46,436 nucleotides of DNA from Candidatus Hydrogenedentota bacterium (GTDB taxonomy: Bacteria; Hydrogenedentota; Hydrogenedentia; Hydrogenedentales; SLHB01): positions 1 through 46,436 of the forward strand of contig JAWXCN010000194.1 of NCBI GenBank assembly GCA_034408725.1. Direction: 5' to 3'. Every line of letters begins with the position of its first letter. The first letter of the stretch is position 1. The position numbers and the translations under genes were made by a program. The notes under the pieces were generated by a model. It searched no databases. It saw only the letters and a program-made list of their open reading frames with translations, and was not told the origin of the DNA. Of the stretch, positions 8,588 through 19,243 are shown one piece after another.

Positions 8588-11278
8588 TTACGGTAGCGCG
8601 CGTTGCAGTTCGACGATGGCGCGCGCAATGGCTTCACGCTTTGCGAACAGGACGTTTGGATCGCGGGGATAAGTCACGAGATCGGGCACCAAGTCTTTCA
8701 GATTGTACACAGGCTGAATCTTCGCGAGCAGGGCGGTGTTTTTCGCCTGTTCCGCTTTTTTTATCAGCGCGCGAAACATCACCAGATAATCATAATCATC
8801 GATCCCGTCGCGAATAATTTCCCACCGGATCGAGTTGACGGGGCCTTGTGGACCGGGATACACAAGAAATCCATCGCCATTCGCGGGCGTGACATCTAGT
8901 TGGCTGAGCATCGGGTTGACGCCGCCTTCGCTGTAGTTCACGTTCCAATAGTGGACCCCCTTGATGCCAAGCGCCCAAGTCTGCCAAAACAGAATACGGT
9001 GCTCGATGCCCGCGAGATCGATGAAGAAATTCGCATAGGGACGCGGCGGTGTATGGTTCACGTACCACCAGGCTTCGCCGTTTGCCGTGATGTGATCAAG
9101 TACGGCCTTGTTATTCAACGTATCCATCAGCGGCGTGTGAATCGCCCAAATCGGCGCCGCTTCGTGGAAAAATGGTTGCATGCCATACGTAGTTAGCATG
9201 AGCGGAATGTCCGGCGCTTCCGCGCGCCATTTCGTCATCGTGTCGAACAGGCGTTGCCACGCGGGGCGCTCAGGTTCATCCGCGATCTGGCAAAAGACAC
9301 GTCCCGCCAGCTTGTGTTTCGCGACGAATGCATTGGCGAGCCGCAACTGCTCGGGCGCATCCAGTAACGACGCCGGCACACTGACCGTTGTAGCGCCATC
9401 GGCAAGCGCCTTCGCGAGTCTCGGTTCAAACGCGCGCAGACTGGCGGCGTAGTCCGCGCTTTCCGCGGGAAACTGCACGAGTGAGCGCAACGTAACGCGA
9501 TGGTCCGCGGCGTTCTCGAGATAGGCCACGTTCAATTCCGATTCTGTGCCTTCATATCCGAACCTTTTCGACATGGACAACGCGTTCTCAGGCCAGAATC
9601 CGAAATCTGTTTTTAGGGCAGGCGTAGTGGGGAGTGCGAAGTCGAAAACCTCGACGCGCAAAGTGAACTGCATCGGATCGGAGCCCGGCGACGTCGCACT
9701 GATGGCGCCGTCGTACACACCGGCCGGCGTGCCCGCGGGCGCGTACACGGTTACCCAAATTGGCGTGGAGCGTCCCGCCTCAATGCGCACGGGGGCAAAC
9801 GGTGGCAATGGATCGGGCCAGAGTCCGGTGGGCCCTTCGTAATGCGTGGGCACGCGGACCGGATAGAACAGCGCGCGGTGCAGCGTAACATTGTTTGCGC
9901 GCAACACGTCGCCAGTTGATTCGTTTGTGAGATCGCTGACATCAAGCGTGAGCAACTCCAACGCAACGTCGTCCGGGCGAAACACGATTTGGAACGATTC
10001 GCGTTCGTTCTTTGCGAGCGCGACGCGCGCCACCGATTGGACCGCGCCCACGGGTTCGGGGTCATCTTCTGGAAAGACTTTTTCGAGAGAACTTTCAAAC
10101 CACGCTCGCGTCGGGCCGTTCGCGGCCATCGCGCGGCGTAAAGCGCGCTTACCGCGGTCCAGCGCAAATGGCGCGTCTGACCACGCGGCAAACTCGACCG
10201 TTGCGGGTTCTCCGGTAATGAATTGAGTATCAATGCCGCCGTGCGGCGAGCCGGTATCCGCGCCGAGCATCACGGCCTTGCCGTCCTGCGTCAGTTTCGC
10301 GAGAAAATCGTACGCCCCGTCTCCGGGAGATTGCCATTCGTAAGTACACCGGACATTCTTGCCCGGCTCGAGTGAAAAGGTTTGCGCGGGCAACCGCCAC
10401 ACGCGATCATTGGATGCGAGCACACTCGCCTGAAAGGAAACGTTCGGCATCGCGCGCGTGGGCGCAATGATGAGCGTCAGCGCGCCGTCGGCGTAATCCA
10501 GTTGGGCGGCGAGTTCATCCGTGGCGAAGCTCACGTGCGACAGGCCGCGGACCGCGTTCACGCGGTAGACGGTTTCCCACGCATCGCCCTTTTTCATCAC
10601 GTGCGGCACATACGCCGTCTGGAATCCGCAATACGTCTCCATTTCTTCGCGCAACGCAAGAAATGAATGCGTCTGATCGCAATTGAACACGGCATATACC
10701 GTTTCCTTCGACACGGTGTCCGTAGCGGCGATCCAATTTCGCGAAGCAGGGTAGTATGCGCTGCGCTGGGCTTGAACGATGCCGTCCAGCGTGGGAACGT
10801 CGATGCGATCATTGGCGTCAAATTTTCCGCCGGGGGCGAGCTCATTGCGCACCCACGGAGCGACCCATTGATCTTCCGTGCCTCGATTTTCGACACGCAG
10901 TTTTACGCGAACCGATGCCTCGTCGAGCAGGGGCTCCATGGTGCGGGTCACGCGCAACCCGCGGATGTTCGGTCCGTCGCATTCGTAGGTGTATTGCAGG
11001 ACGGGCCGGTCCGTAACGGATTCGAGCACCTCGAGCGATTCGTTCAGCCGCCGGTTTGGCACATAGAAATTGCCAATGCCGAATCCTTCCATGAGTAGAC
11101 CGTCGTGCGCCGCCTGGTTCAGTTTGGATGAATTCAACCGAAACAATTCCGCGCCCGCGCCTCCCTGCGGCGCAATCCGCAGGACGTAGTGCGATGTTGG
11201 AATTTCGACGTCTTCGGTGACTGGCGCGGCGGCACAATGGAACACGGCGGCAAACGCCGTGAACAGCGCAAATCGCAT
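8588..11278 (-). CDS. Large secreted glycoside hydrolase-like protein (DUF4091 / GH123-like C-terminus)
   Basis: ATG at 11278 with SD AGGAG; signal peptide; AKNERESFQI and WPDPLPP; DEP catalytic-type motif; WWY; GDGFLVYPG...SIRWEIIRDGIDDYDY. Confidence 0.75.
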   Translation of the reverse strand: MRFALFTAFAAVFHCAAAPVTEDVEIPTSHYVLRIAPQGGAGAELFRLNSSKLNQAAHDGLLMEGFGIGNFYVPNRRLNESLEVLESVTDRPVLQYTYECDGPNIRGLRVTRTMEPLLDEASVRVKLRVENRGTEDQWVAPWVRNELAPGGKFDANDRIDVPTLDGIVQAQRSAYYPASRNWIAATDTVSKETVYAVFNCDQTHSFLALREEMETYCGFQTAYVPHVMKKGDAWETVYRVNAVRGLSHVSFATDELAAQLDYADGALTLIIAPTRAMPNVSFQASVLASNDRVWRLPAQTFSLEPGKNVRCTYEWQSPGDGAYDFLAKLTQDGKAVMLGADTGSPHGGIDTQFITGEPATVEFAAWSDAPFALDRGKRALRRAMAANGPTRAWFESSLEKVFPEDDPEPVGAVQSVARVALAKNERESFQIVFRPDDVALELLTLDVSDLTNESTGDVLRANNVTLHRALFYPVRVPTHYEGPTGLWPDPLPPFAPVRIEAGRSTPIWVTVYAPAGTPAGVYDGAISATSPGSDPMQFTLRVEVFDFALPTTPALKTDFGFWPENALSMSKRFGYEGTESELNVAYLENAADHRVTLRSLVQFPAESADYAASLRAFEPRLAKALADGATTVSVPASLLDAPEQLRLANAFVAKHKLAGRVFCQIADEPERPAWQRLFDTMTKWRAEAPDIPLMLTTYGMQPFFHEAAPIWAIHTPLMDTLNNKAVLDHITANGEAWWYVNHTPPRPYANFFIDLAGIEHRILFWQTWALGIKGVHYWNVNYSEGGVNPMLSQLDVTPANGDGFLVYPGPQGPVNSIRWEIIRDGIDDYDYLVMFRALIKKAEQAKNTALLAKIQPVYNLKDLVPDLVTYPRDPNVLFAKREAIARAIVELQRALP

Positions 11279-11354
11279 GGATACGGTGCTCCTGTCTCGT
11301 GGGGGGAAACCGGAATTGTACCCGATGGCGGCGCGGGGAAAAAGAAGCGCGCCC

Positions 11355-11488
11355 TGGAGTGCGGTAGCGGTAGCTGCCGCTTTTACTTCGGACACCCGGT
11401 CACCTCAACCTAAACCCGGTCGCCTGGCATACTCGAAGTGAGAGCGGTCGCTGCGTCCGAAGCGGACTCCGCTACTGCAGTCCAAAAA
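11355..11488. repeat. REPIN-like doublet (GGAG/GGAC-tagged palindromic repeats in inverted orientation), copy A
   Basis: tggagt-gcggtagc-ggta-gctgccgc-tttt ... gcggtcgc...gctactgc-agtccaaaa; same family as 14979-15113 and 27485-27886. Confidence 0.7.
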
Positions 11489-11497
11489 CTCGCCCGA

Positions 11498-13045
11498 TTA
11501 AAAGCGAAGCCGCGATTCGACTGCGAAATAATCCAAATCGTCGTCGCTCGATCCGCCCATAAACTCGAGGCCGTTCGCGAATACAAAATTGCCCTCGTCC
11601 ACGTCGTCATCCACGAACATATGGTTCCATGTCACGCGGAACATCAGTTGGTCCGAGTACTGGTATTCAATGTCCAGACCGGTGACGATGCCGACGTCGT
11701 CTCCGGATTCCTCTGTGAGAAATGAGAGCGCGGGCGCGACTGGCACGCGCCAGCCCCCCAACCCTATCGTTAGCGGCGTGTCGAACGTATCGTTCACACC
11801 CAGCTTCGACACTTCAAGCGAAGCGAAGATTTTTTCGGTGGGATGCACTTCGACACCACCTCGGATTTGGTAAAAGTTGGTTCCATTGCGGCCTTCGTCA
11901 AAGAACTCGTAATACCGCTTCGATGAGAACAGCCGATTGAACGAAACGCTGGCTTCGGGGCGATCGAAGGGATTCAGCCATTCGAGAAACGTAATATCCC
12001 GATTATCTTCTCCGCCGAAATACGCTCCGCCAAGGTAAACGCGAGGCGTCCACACCATCTCTTCAAAGGAATAGCCAATCTCCGCGTCTCCGCCCCACGC
12101 GCTGAATTCGGCCGAATCGTCTCCGTACACGAATCCGTTGTTCTTGAACAGCGAACCTACGCTGTCGGCATCGCCGAATTGATACGCTGCTTCCGCGACG
12201 TAGTCGAACGAGCCAAGCCCACCCGCGGCGCGCGCCCCCACGGTGTGCAGGTTTGTTGCGCCGTAATCGTCGAGATCGAAAATGTCTTCGAGGCGTTCGA
12301 TCGGCGCGACGAAGTTGGTGTCATTGAGCGAAGCGGCATCGCGCAGGTACAGCCAGTACACCAGAAACTCCTGTCCTTCCACCGCCGTGCACGACGCGCT
12401 CAATCCATAAAAATCGACATCCCCATCCTGCTCGCTTGCTCCGCGTTCCGCGAGTTTCGTGTACCAGCCGTCAATGGCGTAACCATCGCCGCAATACGTC
12501 AGGCGTAATCCGTCAAACGCAATTTCGATCTGCGATTGGGTTTCACCGACCAGCCAGCCGCTGCCAAGTTTAATCTGCTGCCGGCCCACGCGCATGCGTA
12601 GCGGCATTCCGAAAGTTTCGTTGGTTTCGATATAGGATTGAAGCAGTTCGACGTCGTTGCTCGAATTCGACCTTATGTCGGCCCCGGTAAGATAGTCCGA
12701 TCGGAAATCCTCGCCCCAGATTTCGAAATCGTCGAGCTCGATTACCGCGTTCACGTAATTGGTGAAGTCCGCCGATATCCGAAGTTTCGTGGTCTGTTCT
12801 ACCCACGTGCGCGTGTTGCCTTTCTCGTCGAATCCGTAGCGGCTGGAAACACCGAACGGTCCAATGGGCCGGTTGGGAAGAAAAAAGTCCGGGATGCGGG
12901 TTTCCCGTCCGGAATCCGTGTAGACATTGCTCCAGTAGCGTCCCCGGATGCGGAGCTGGCCGCCGATGGAGACGTTTTGCAACTCCGCGCCGGCTTCGGC
13001 GCATAGAATGAGTGTGGTGATTGCGATGACCAGGTGCTTATACAT
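11498..13045 (-). CDS. Alginate-export-family outer-membrane beta-barrel protein
   Basis: ATG at 13045 after a purine-rich SD; signal peptide; GGQLRIR, VGRQQIKLGSGWLVG and FDGLRL motifs; alternating beta-strand pattern; terminal Phe (SRLRF). Confidence 0.75.
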   Translation of the reverse strand: MYKHLVIAITTLILCAEAGAELQNVSIGGQLRIRGRYWSNVYTDSGRETRIPDFFLPNRPIGPFGVSSRYGFDEKGNTRTWVEQTTKLRISADFTNYVNAVIELDDFEIWGEDFRSDYLTGADIRSNSSNDVELLQSYIETNETFGMPLRMRVGRQQIKLGSGWLVGETQSQIEIAFDGLRLTYCGDGYAIDGWYTKLAERGASEQDGDVDFYGLSASCTAVEGQEFLVYWLYLRDAASLNDTNFVAPIERLEDIFDLDDYGATNLHTVGARAAGGLGSFDYVAEAAYQFGDADSVGSLFKNNGFVYGDDSAEFSAWGGDAEIGYSFEEMVWTPRVYLGGAYFGGEDNRDITFLEWLNPFDRPEASVSFNRLFSSKRYYEFFDEGRNGTNFYQIRGGVEVHPTEKIFASLEVSKLGVNDTFDTPLTIGLGGWRVPVAPALSFLTEESGDDVGIVTGLDIEYQYSDQLMFRVTWNHMFVDDDVDEGNFVFANGLEFMGGSSDDDLDYFAVESRLRF

Positions 13046-13179
13046 GGATTCCCCCTTCCCGCCGGGACGACGCCGCAGCCTTCTGTCCATGGTGATGCTA
13101 CGCAGTGTATTCGGCGCACGGGCGACGATCAAACAACACGCCACCTCTGCTATGCTGTTCGCGAGGAGGATCCGAAATC

Positions 13180-14313
13180 GTGCCGACATATGATGTTATC
13201 GTGCTGGGGCTCGGCGGCATGGGCAGCGCAACGCTATACCATCTGGCCAAACGCGGGGTCCGTGTATGCGGGGTCGAGCAGTTTGGAATTGCGCACGATA
13301 AAGGCAGTTCGCACGGCGCGACACGAATGATTCGAAAGGCGTACTTCGAACACCCGGACTATGTCCCCCTTGTCGAAAAGGCATACGGCCTGTGGCGCGA
13401 ACTCGAATTGGAATCCGGCGCGGAATTGCTCGTGCAATCCGGCCTGCTGCTTTCGGGCAAGCCCGGATCGGGATTCATTCGCGGGCTGGAAACCTGCTAC
13501 CGCGTGCATCCGCTGCCGCACGAACGGATCGATGCGGCGGAGGCCATGAATCGTCATCCGCAATTTCGTTTGCCGGACGACCACGCAGTTTACTGGGATC
13601 CAGACGGCGGGTATCTCCGCGTCGAAGGGTGTGTCGACAAGCATGTACAAATGGCGCAAAAACACGGTGCCGACGTGCTGATCCATGAGGACGTGCTGGG
13701 GTGGCGATCAGATGCAAATGGCGTTTCCATTACGACAACAAAGCGCGAGTTACACGCGGCGAAGCTGGTATTGACAGCGGGCGCGTGGACGACGCCGTCG
13801 TTTGTCGAATTGCTCGTGCCGCTTCGCGTGTTGCGGAAAGTTCAGTTTTGGTATACGTCGCCGAACATCACGGAGTTCCGCAGAGGCGCGTGTCCCGGAT
13901 ATTTTATCGAGACGGACTACGGCTCGTTTTACGGGTTTCCGACTATCAACGATCAAGGAATGAAAGTTTCAGAACACAGCGGGGGGGAACCTGTCGAAGA
14001 CCCGGACGAACTGGATCGCGGGTTGCACGCGCATGACGAAGACGGCGTGCTCCGGTTCATCACCGACGTATTTCCGTCCGTGCAACCTTCGCGGACGCGC
14101 TTTAGTGTTTGCATGTATTCAATGACCGCTGACGAACATTTTATTATTGATAGGCACCCGCGGCATCCGAATGTCGTTATTGCCGGAGGCTTCTCGGGGC
14201 ATGGGTTCAAATTTGCATCGGTGATAGGCGAAATTCTCGCGGACCTTACGATGCAAGGGAGTACGCCGCATCCAATCGGGTTCCTCGGGCTGGGAAGGTT
14301 CACGTCGTTTTAA
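13180..14313 (+). CDS. solA: N-methyl-L-tryptophan oxidase / monomeric sarcosine oxidase family
   Basis: GTG start after SD GAGGAG; YDVIVLGLGGMGSA FAD-binding; GSSHGATRMIRKAYFE; CMYSMTADEHFIID (covalent-flavin Cys region); GFSGHGFKF. Confidence 0.88.
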   Translation: MPTYDVIVLGLGGMGSATLYHLAKRGVRVCGVEQFGIAHDKGSSHGATRMIRKAYFEHPDYVPLVEKAYGLWRELELESGAELLVQSGLLLSGKPGSGFIRGLETCYRVHPLPHERIDAAEAMNRHPQFRLPDDHAVYWDPDGGYLRVEGCVDKHVQMAQKHGADVLIHEDVLGWRSDANGVSITTTKRELHAAKLVLTAGAWTTPSFVELLVPLRVLRKVQFWYTSPNITEFRRGACPGYFIETDYGSFYGFPTINDQGMKVSEHSGGEPVEDPDELDRGLHAHDEDGVLRFITDVFPSVQPSRTRFSVCMYSMTADEHFIIDRHPRHPNVVIAGGFSGHGFKFASVIGEILADLTMQGSTPHPIGFLGLGRFTSF

Positions 14314-14894
14314 TGGACACACAAAATCATTACTCATCGCGTGTCGCCGACGCATTCGCGTTCGCGCACCGCATCCATCGCGAACAGACGCGCAAAGGTT
14401 CCGGCGCGCCATATATCACGCACATCATGGCGGTGGCCGGGATCGTCGGGGAACACGGCGCGAGTGAGGACACGTTTATCGCCGCGCTGCTGCATGACGC
14501 CGCGGAAGACGGCGACGGCGAAGCGACGATCGAGGAAATTCGCAGGTTGTTTGGCGAGCGTGTAGCGGATTGGGTCCGCTCATGTTCAGACACGATGGTG
14601 AAACCCAAACCCGAATGGCGCCCGAGAAAGGAACAATTCATTGAATCAATCCGTCGCGCCCCGCACGAAGTGCGCCTTATCGTAGCCGCCGACAAACTGC
14701 ACAACGTTTGCGCGACTATAAGCGACTACCACATGCACGGCGACGCCGTGTGGGAACGGTTCAACGGCGGCCGGGAAGGCACCCTCTGGTATTATGTCGC
14801 GATTGCGACCGCGCTCGCGGAAGGTTGGGAACACGATCTCATCGAAGAACTCGCCGCGGCCGTCGAGGAATTGCACGAAACCGCGGCGGGGTAA
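14313..14894 (+). CDS. Stand-alone HD-domain (p)ppGpp hydrolase-like protein (small alarmone hydrolase / Mesh1-like)
   Basis: FAHRIHREQTRKG..PYITH, AALLHDAAED and ADKLHN motifs of the RelA/SpoT hydrolase domain; TAATG overlap with solA. Confidence 0.85.
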   Translation: MDTQNHYSSRVADAFAFAHRIHREQTRKGSGAPYITHIMAVAGIVGEHGASEDTFIAALLHDAAEDGDGEATIEEIRRLFGERVADWVRSCSDTMVKPKPEWRPRKEQFIESIRRAPHEVRLIVAADKLHNVCATISDYHMHGDAVWERFNGGREGTLWYYVAIATALAEGWEHDLIEELAAAVEELHETAAG

Positions 14895-14978
14895 TGCGGC
14901 GCTTGTGTTTCAGCCAATTCTCTCTGGGTAGTCAATACCGTACTCCCAAAAGAGCCCGTTCAATACGCGGCGTAATGA

Positions 14979-15113
14979 GAAGAAGACTATTTGGACTGCG
15001 GCGGCCCCTAAGGCGCCGCTTTGGCTGTTTGTCACAATCAACCTACCCCGTGCGCGCACAAAGCCGTCACCCATAAACAGCCAAAGCGGTAGCTACCGCT
15101 ACCGCATTCCAAA
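14979..15113. repeat. REPIN/MITE-like element, copy B, between convergent genes
   Basis: gaagaagactatttggactgcggcggcccctaaggcgccgctttggctgttt ... aaacagccaaagcggtagctaccgctaccgcattccaaa; the interior also aligns with 27615-27776. Confidence 0.85.
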
Positions 15114-15139
15114 AAGCGCACTCGATGTCCTTCTGCGCT

Positions 15140-16864
15140 TTAACTAAAACTAAGTTGATCATCCGTAACCGCGCCTTCGGAGGCGGAGCTGACGTGGCTC
15201 GCGTATTTTGCGAGAACGCCCCGCGTGTATCGAGGCTTGGGTGCTTTCCACGCCTTTAACCGTTTCGCAATCTCGGTCTTTGGTAAATCCAGATTCAACA
15301 CGCGCTTTATCGCATCAATCGTAATAGGATCACCGTTCTTGATGATCGCAATTGCCCCGCCCATCTGTGCTTCAGGCGTGATATGGCCCACAACAAATCC
15401 GTGGCTTCCGCCGGAGAACCGGCCATCCGTAATCAGCGCGACATCTTTTCCCAAACCCTTGCCCATGACCGCGGAGGTGGGGGCCAACATTTCGCGCATG
15501 CCTGGTCCGCCCTTCGGCCCTTCGTAACGAATGACGATGACATCGCCCTTTTTAACTGTGCCATCAAGAATTGCCTTGAGCGCAGTTTCTTCGCTGTTGT
15601 ACACGCGGGCCTTGCCAGAAAACTTCATGCCTTCCTTGCCGCTGATTTTCGCAACCGCGCCCTTGGGCGCGAGATTGCCGTAGAGCACGACAAGGTTGCC
15701 TTCTTTTTTTATGGGATCAGAGAGTGGACGAATCACTGTTTGGCCCGCGGGATAAGGCTTGACGTTCGCCAAATTTTCCTTGAGCGCCTTACCGGTGACT
15801 GTCAGGCAATCGCCGTGAAGGATGCCTGCGTCGAGCAATGTTTTCATCAGCGGGGTGACTCCGCCAATCGCGACAAGTTCCGCCATAACGTGCGCGCCGC
15901 TGGGTTTGAGATCTGCCAGAAGTGGCGTGCGTTTGCCCACGCGGGTGAAATCGTCGAGCGACAGTTTCACGTTCATGGCGTGGGCGATGCCAAGCAGGTG
16001 CAACACGGCGTTGGTGGAACCGCCAAGCGCGTTGACGACTGCAATGGCGTTCTCGAATGCTTTACGCGTCATGATATCGCTCGGACGGATTCCGCGCTTG
16101 ATGAGTTCGAGCACAGCCGCGCCTGCGTTTCGGCAATCCTGCGCTTTTTCCTCCGAGATGGCGGCCTGTGCTGAGCTGTTTGGCAGGCTCATGCCCAGCG
16201 CTTCGATTGCCGACGCCATGGTATTTGCGGTGTACATGCCGCCACACGAACCCGCGCCGGGAATCGCGGTCGCTTCGATTTGTTTCAATTCCTTGTCGCC
16301 GATGTCTCCGCGCGCGTGCGCACCCACTGCCTCGAATACCGAAACGATATCGACATTCTTTCCACGATGTTTTCCCGGCATAATCGTTCCGCCATAGACA
16401 AACACGGAGGGACGGTTCAGCCGCGCCATCGCAATGAGGCATCCCGGCATGTTCTTGTCGCATCCGCCGATGGTCACGAGTCCGTCGAACCATTCACAAC
16501 CGACGACGGTTTCGATGGAGTCCGCGATGACCTCGCGCGACACCAGCGAATACTTCATGCCCTCGGTGCCCATCGAGATGCCATCGGAAATGGTGATCGT
16601 GTTGAACTCGACCGCTTTACCGCCGGCCGCGTTGACGCCATCCGCGGAAATGGCGGCGAGCTTGTTGATGTGCATGTTGCACGGCGTGACCATGCTCCAG
16701 GTCGATGCGATTCCGACCTGGGATTTTTTGAAGTCCTTATCCGAAAACCCTACGGCGTGCAGCATGGCGCGACTGGGCGCGCGCTCGACGGTCTCGGTGA
16801 TTTGCGATGAATACGCGCGGTGAAGCGACGCGCGTTTGTTGCCGTTCGGGGTCTTGGTTTTCAT
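15140..16864 (-). CDS. ilvD: Dihydroxy-acid dehydratase
   Basis: [81 protein letters not shown]. Confidence 0.97.
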   Translation of the reverse strand: MKTKTPNGNKRASLHRAYSSQITETVERAPSRAMLHAVGFSDKDFKKSQVGIASTWSMVTPCNMHINKLAAISADGVNAAGGKAVEFNTITISDGISMGTEGMKYSLVSREVIADSIETVVGCEWFDGLVTIGGCDKNMPGCLIAMARLNRPSVFVYGGTIMPGKHRGKNVDIVSVFEAVGAHARGDIGDKELKQIEATAIPGAGSCGGMYTANTMASAIEALGMSLPNSSAQAAISEEKAQDCRNAGAAVLELIKRGIRPSDIMTRKAFENAIAVVNALGGSTNAVLHLLGIAHAMNVKLSLDDFTRVGKRTPLLADLKPSGAHVMAELVAIGGVTPLMKTLLDAGILHGDCLTVTGKALKENLANVKPYPAGQTVIRPLSDPIKKEGNLVVLYGNLAPKGAVAKISGKEGMKFSGKARVYNSEETALKAILDGTVKKGDVIVIRYEGPKGGPGMREMLAPTSAVMGKGLGKDVALITDGRFSGGSHGFVVGHITPEAQMGGAIAIIKNGDPITIDAIKRVLNLDLPKTEIAKRLKAWKAPKPRYTRGVLAKYASHVSSASEGAVTDDQLSFS

Positions 16865-16917
16865 TAAGATACTCCGGATATAAAGGGGTCACGCATCAGT
16901 GAAAGTGGGTAGCAGAC

Positions 16918-16945
16918 ATTATAGTCCTCTACAACGTGAATTCAA
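16918..16945 (-). promoter_or_regulatory. Putative sigma70 promoter for ilvD
   Basis: On the minus strand TTGAAT-16 nt-TATAAT, about 55 nt upstream of the ATG, which has SD GGAG. Confidence 0.55.
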
Positions 16946-16964
16946 TGCGCATTGGCAGGAAACT

Positions 16965-17708
16965 TTAGAGCGTTTGCGCCGGCATGGCCAGCTTACCTGA
17001 TTTTTTGACCAGGAAACGCATCAGAATAGCATTCTCGATCGCATCGGACTCATAGGGGTACCACGTGGAAAACCAAGAGTTGCCGTCGTCGAAATCGATT
17101 GCGAACACAAACTGCGACTGGCCAGGCAACCAACCGCCTACCGGTCCGGTAAGCGATGCGCGAAGTCCTTTAATGTCCGAATAGGAATACGATGTGACGC
17201 CGATGCCGAACACGGGATTGATGTGTACGGCATCGTGCGCAAACTCGACGCTGGATTTCACAACCATAAAGAACGGCGCGCATGCGGCGAGAATCAACAA
17301 TGCGGACTCACCAATAGCGCGAATCGGGGGCAGTAGCTTGCCGGGGTCTTGGAGTCGCAATACGTAAAACCACGCTGCCACGAGTCCGATGGCGATTGCT
17401 GGGGGGATTGCGCACAAGATATACATATGGCTTGCCGGACGCAGTACGTGCTCGGCAACGCCGACACCGGGATTTATCAACATTGGGGCCAATGCTCTCA
17501 TGCCGAGCGCAAGGAGAGCGAACGACAAGACGGCGCTTCCCAGAAAGACACCCGCGCCAAGACCTAACGCGGCAAAGCGGCCGATGTCTTTTTGCGCGGG
17601 AAGGGCTTCTGGTAGCGCGTCCAATACGCGCACCGTCGCCTTTTGGCCGACGCCTCCCGGCAGTGGAGGTGGCGGCGAAAATATGAATCTAAGCACTTCG
17701 CGAAGCAT
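16965..17708 (-). CDS. Hypothetical membrane protein (3 TM helices plus a possible PH-like beta C-terminal domain)
   Basis: Long ORF filling the gap; three hydrophobic segments; C-terminal SYSYSDIKGL...FAIDFDDG pattern. Start could be 17732. Confidence 0.55.
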   Translation of the reverse strand: MLREVLRFIFSPPPPLPGGVGQKATVRVLDALPEALPAQKDIGRFAALGLGAGVFLGSAVLSFALLALGMRALAPMLINPGVGVAEHVLRPASHMYILCAIPPAIAIGLVAAWFYVLRLQDPGKLLPPIRAIGESALLILAACAPFFMVVKSSVEFAHDAVHINPVFGIGVTSYSYSDIKGLRASLTGPVGGWLPGQSQFVFAIDFDDGNSWFSTWYPYESDAIENAILMRFLVKKSGKLAMPAQTL

Positions 17709-17815
17709 AAGCCCTCGAAGAATTCTTCCCAACCGCCTGCATTGGTAGCGTGTTGGAGGTAACGGACTCCATTGTTGCGCAAGCGGCGATTTGCGTCAAG
17801 GTTTCTTCATTCGGC

Positions 17816-19147
17816 CTACAAAACCCAACCCTCGCGGTACGGCATATCCACAAATCGATTCGCTTCGGGAACATTGGTCACCTGTTTCGACGCGGTATTC
17901 CATTCGATGGGTTGCTGTGCGCGTATCGCGATATTTCCGAGCAGCACGACCTCCGTGAACGGGGCTGCATACTCGAAGTTGGACAACGACGGCTCCCCGC
18001 CCTTGCAGGCCTCTATCCAGGATCGGTGATGGCCAGTGGCGGTGGGGCGTTCCGGCGCATTGGCTTCCCATTCCTGCTGCTGGGCTGGATCGAGGAAGCG
18101 CGGGCCGTTTCCGTAGGTGCCTACCGTGATGGAGCCTTTCTCGCCAATGAGGATTGAGCCGCCGTCCTTGTCGCCAAGCTTGTAATCTGGGGCAAGCCCC
18201 TCTGGGCGCGGCGGCAACTTTCCGCCGTCAAACCAGGTCAGTTTTACGGGCGGCATATCGCCGCGGGCGGGAAACTCGAACGTGATAATCGACCACAACG
18301 GGCCGGTTTCATCATTGACCCCCGAAGTCTCCGTGCTGAGCCGGACAGGCGCGCCCAATTTCAGCGAAGTGTAGGGCGGGTCGAGGATGTGGCACCCCAT
18401 GTCGCCCATGGCGCAGCAGCCAAAATCCCACCATCCACGCCACTTGTGCGGCGCATAGGCGGGATGATACGGCCGATCCAGCGCACCGCCTAGCCAAACC
18501 TCCCAGTTCAGGGTATCGGGAATCGGCGGCGTATCCGTTGGACGTTCGAGACCCTGGGGCCATGTCGGGCGATTGGTCCAGCTATGCACTTCATGAACTG
18601 GACCTATCATGCCCGAATCGATCATTTGGCATAGCGCCCACACGCCCGGCATTGAATGCCCCTGGTTGCCCATTTGGGTTGCGACTTTGTATTCATTCGC
18701 GGTCGTGGCGAGTTTGTGGACTTCAGCGATGCTATGCGCCATGGGTTTTTCTACGTAGACGTGTTTGCCAAGCTGCATCGCCGCGGTCGCGACAAATGCG
18801 TGCATGTGATCGGGAATAGCGATCACGACTGCGTCGATGTCTTTTTGCTTCTCGAGCATGACGCGGTAGTCGTTGTACTTGGGAATGTCAGGGAGATTCT
18901 TATACGTCACCGCGGCGCGTTCGGAATCGACATCGCAGAGCGCGACGACGTTTTCGTGCATCACGGATCGCAGATCGGCCTGGCCTTGGCCCCCAACGCC
19001 CACACAGGCGATGTTTAGTTTCTCGTTCGCGGAGACCTTGGGCCCCGCGGCAAGCGCCGTGGATTTGGGGGTTCCGGTCCCCGTCGCGCAACCTGCGAGG
19101 GCCGCGGCGGATAGACCAAGCATGGATCTGCGGGTAATCAATGGCAT
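17816..19147 (-). CDS. Tat-exported Gfo/Idh/MocA family oxidoreductase (probable lipoprotein)
   Basis: ATG with SD AAGGAG; ITRRSML twin-arginine motif followed by LAGC; NIACVGVGGQG; PDHMH; VYVEKPM; WRGWWDFGCCAMGDMGCHILD. Confidence 0.9.
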   Translation of the reverse strand: MPLITRRSMLGLSAAALAGCATGTGTPKSTALAAGPKVSANEKLNIACVGVGGQGQADLRSVMHENVVALCDVDSERAAVTYKNLPDIPKYNDYRVMLEKQKDIDAVVIAIPDHMHAFVATAAMQLGKHVYVEKPMAHSIAEVHKLATTANEYKVATQMGNQGHSMPGVWALCQMIDSGMIGPVHEVHSWTNRPTWPQGLERPTDTPPIPDTLNWEVWLGGALDRPYHPAYAPHKWRGWWDFGCCAMGDMGCHILDPPYTSLKLGAPVRLSTETSGVNDETGPLWSIITFEFPARGDMPPVKLTWFDGGKLPPRPEGLAPDYKLGDKDGGSILIGEKGSITVGTYGNGPRFLDPAQQQEWEANAPERPTATGHHRSWIEACKGGEPSLSNFEYAAPFTEVVLLGNIAIRAQQPIEWNTASKQVTNVPEANRFVDMPYREGWVL

Positions 19148-19243
19148 GGGTGACTCCTTAAGATCAATCTGAAAAAAGAATGCATACGGACATGGAGCAA
19201 CATTGACGGACACCGACAACTATGTGCTTCCCGCGCCATTTTC

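Noticed and set aside
11279-11395. N-terminal extension of the DUF4091 ORF to 11395
   Set aside because: It runs through the repeat arm; a better ATG with SD and signal peptide is at 11278.
16865-16917. Riboswitch, ribozyme or attenuator in the ilvD leader (CTGATG on the minus strand)
   Set aside because: The leader is only about 50 nt, with no matching GAAA core, T-box motif, leader peptide or terminator.
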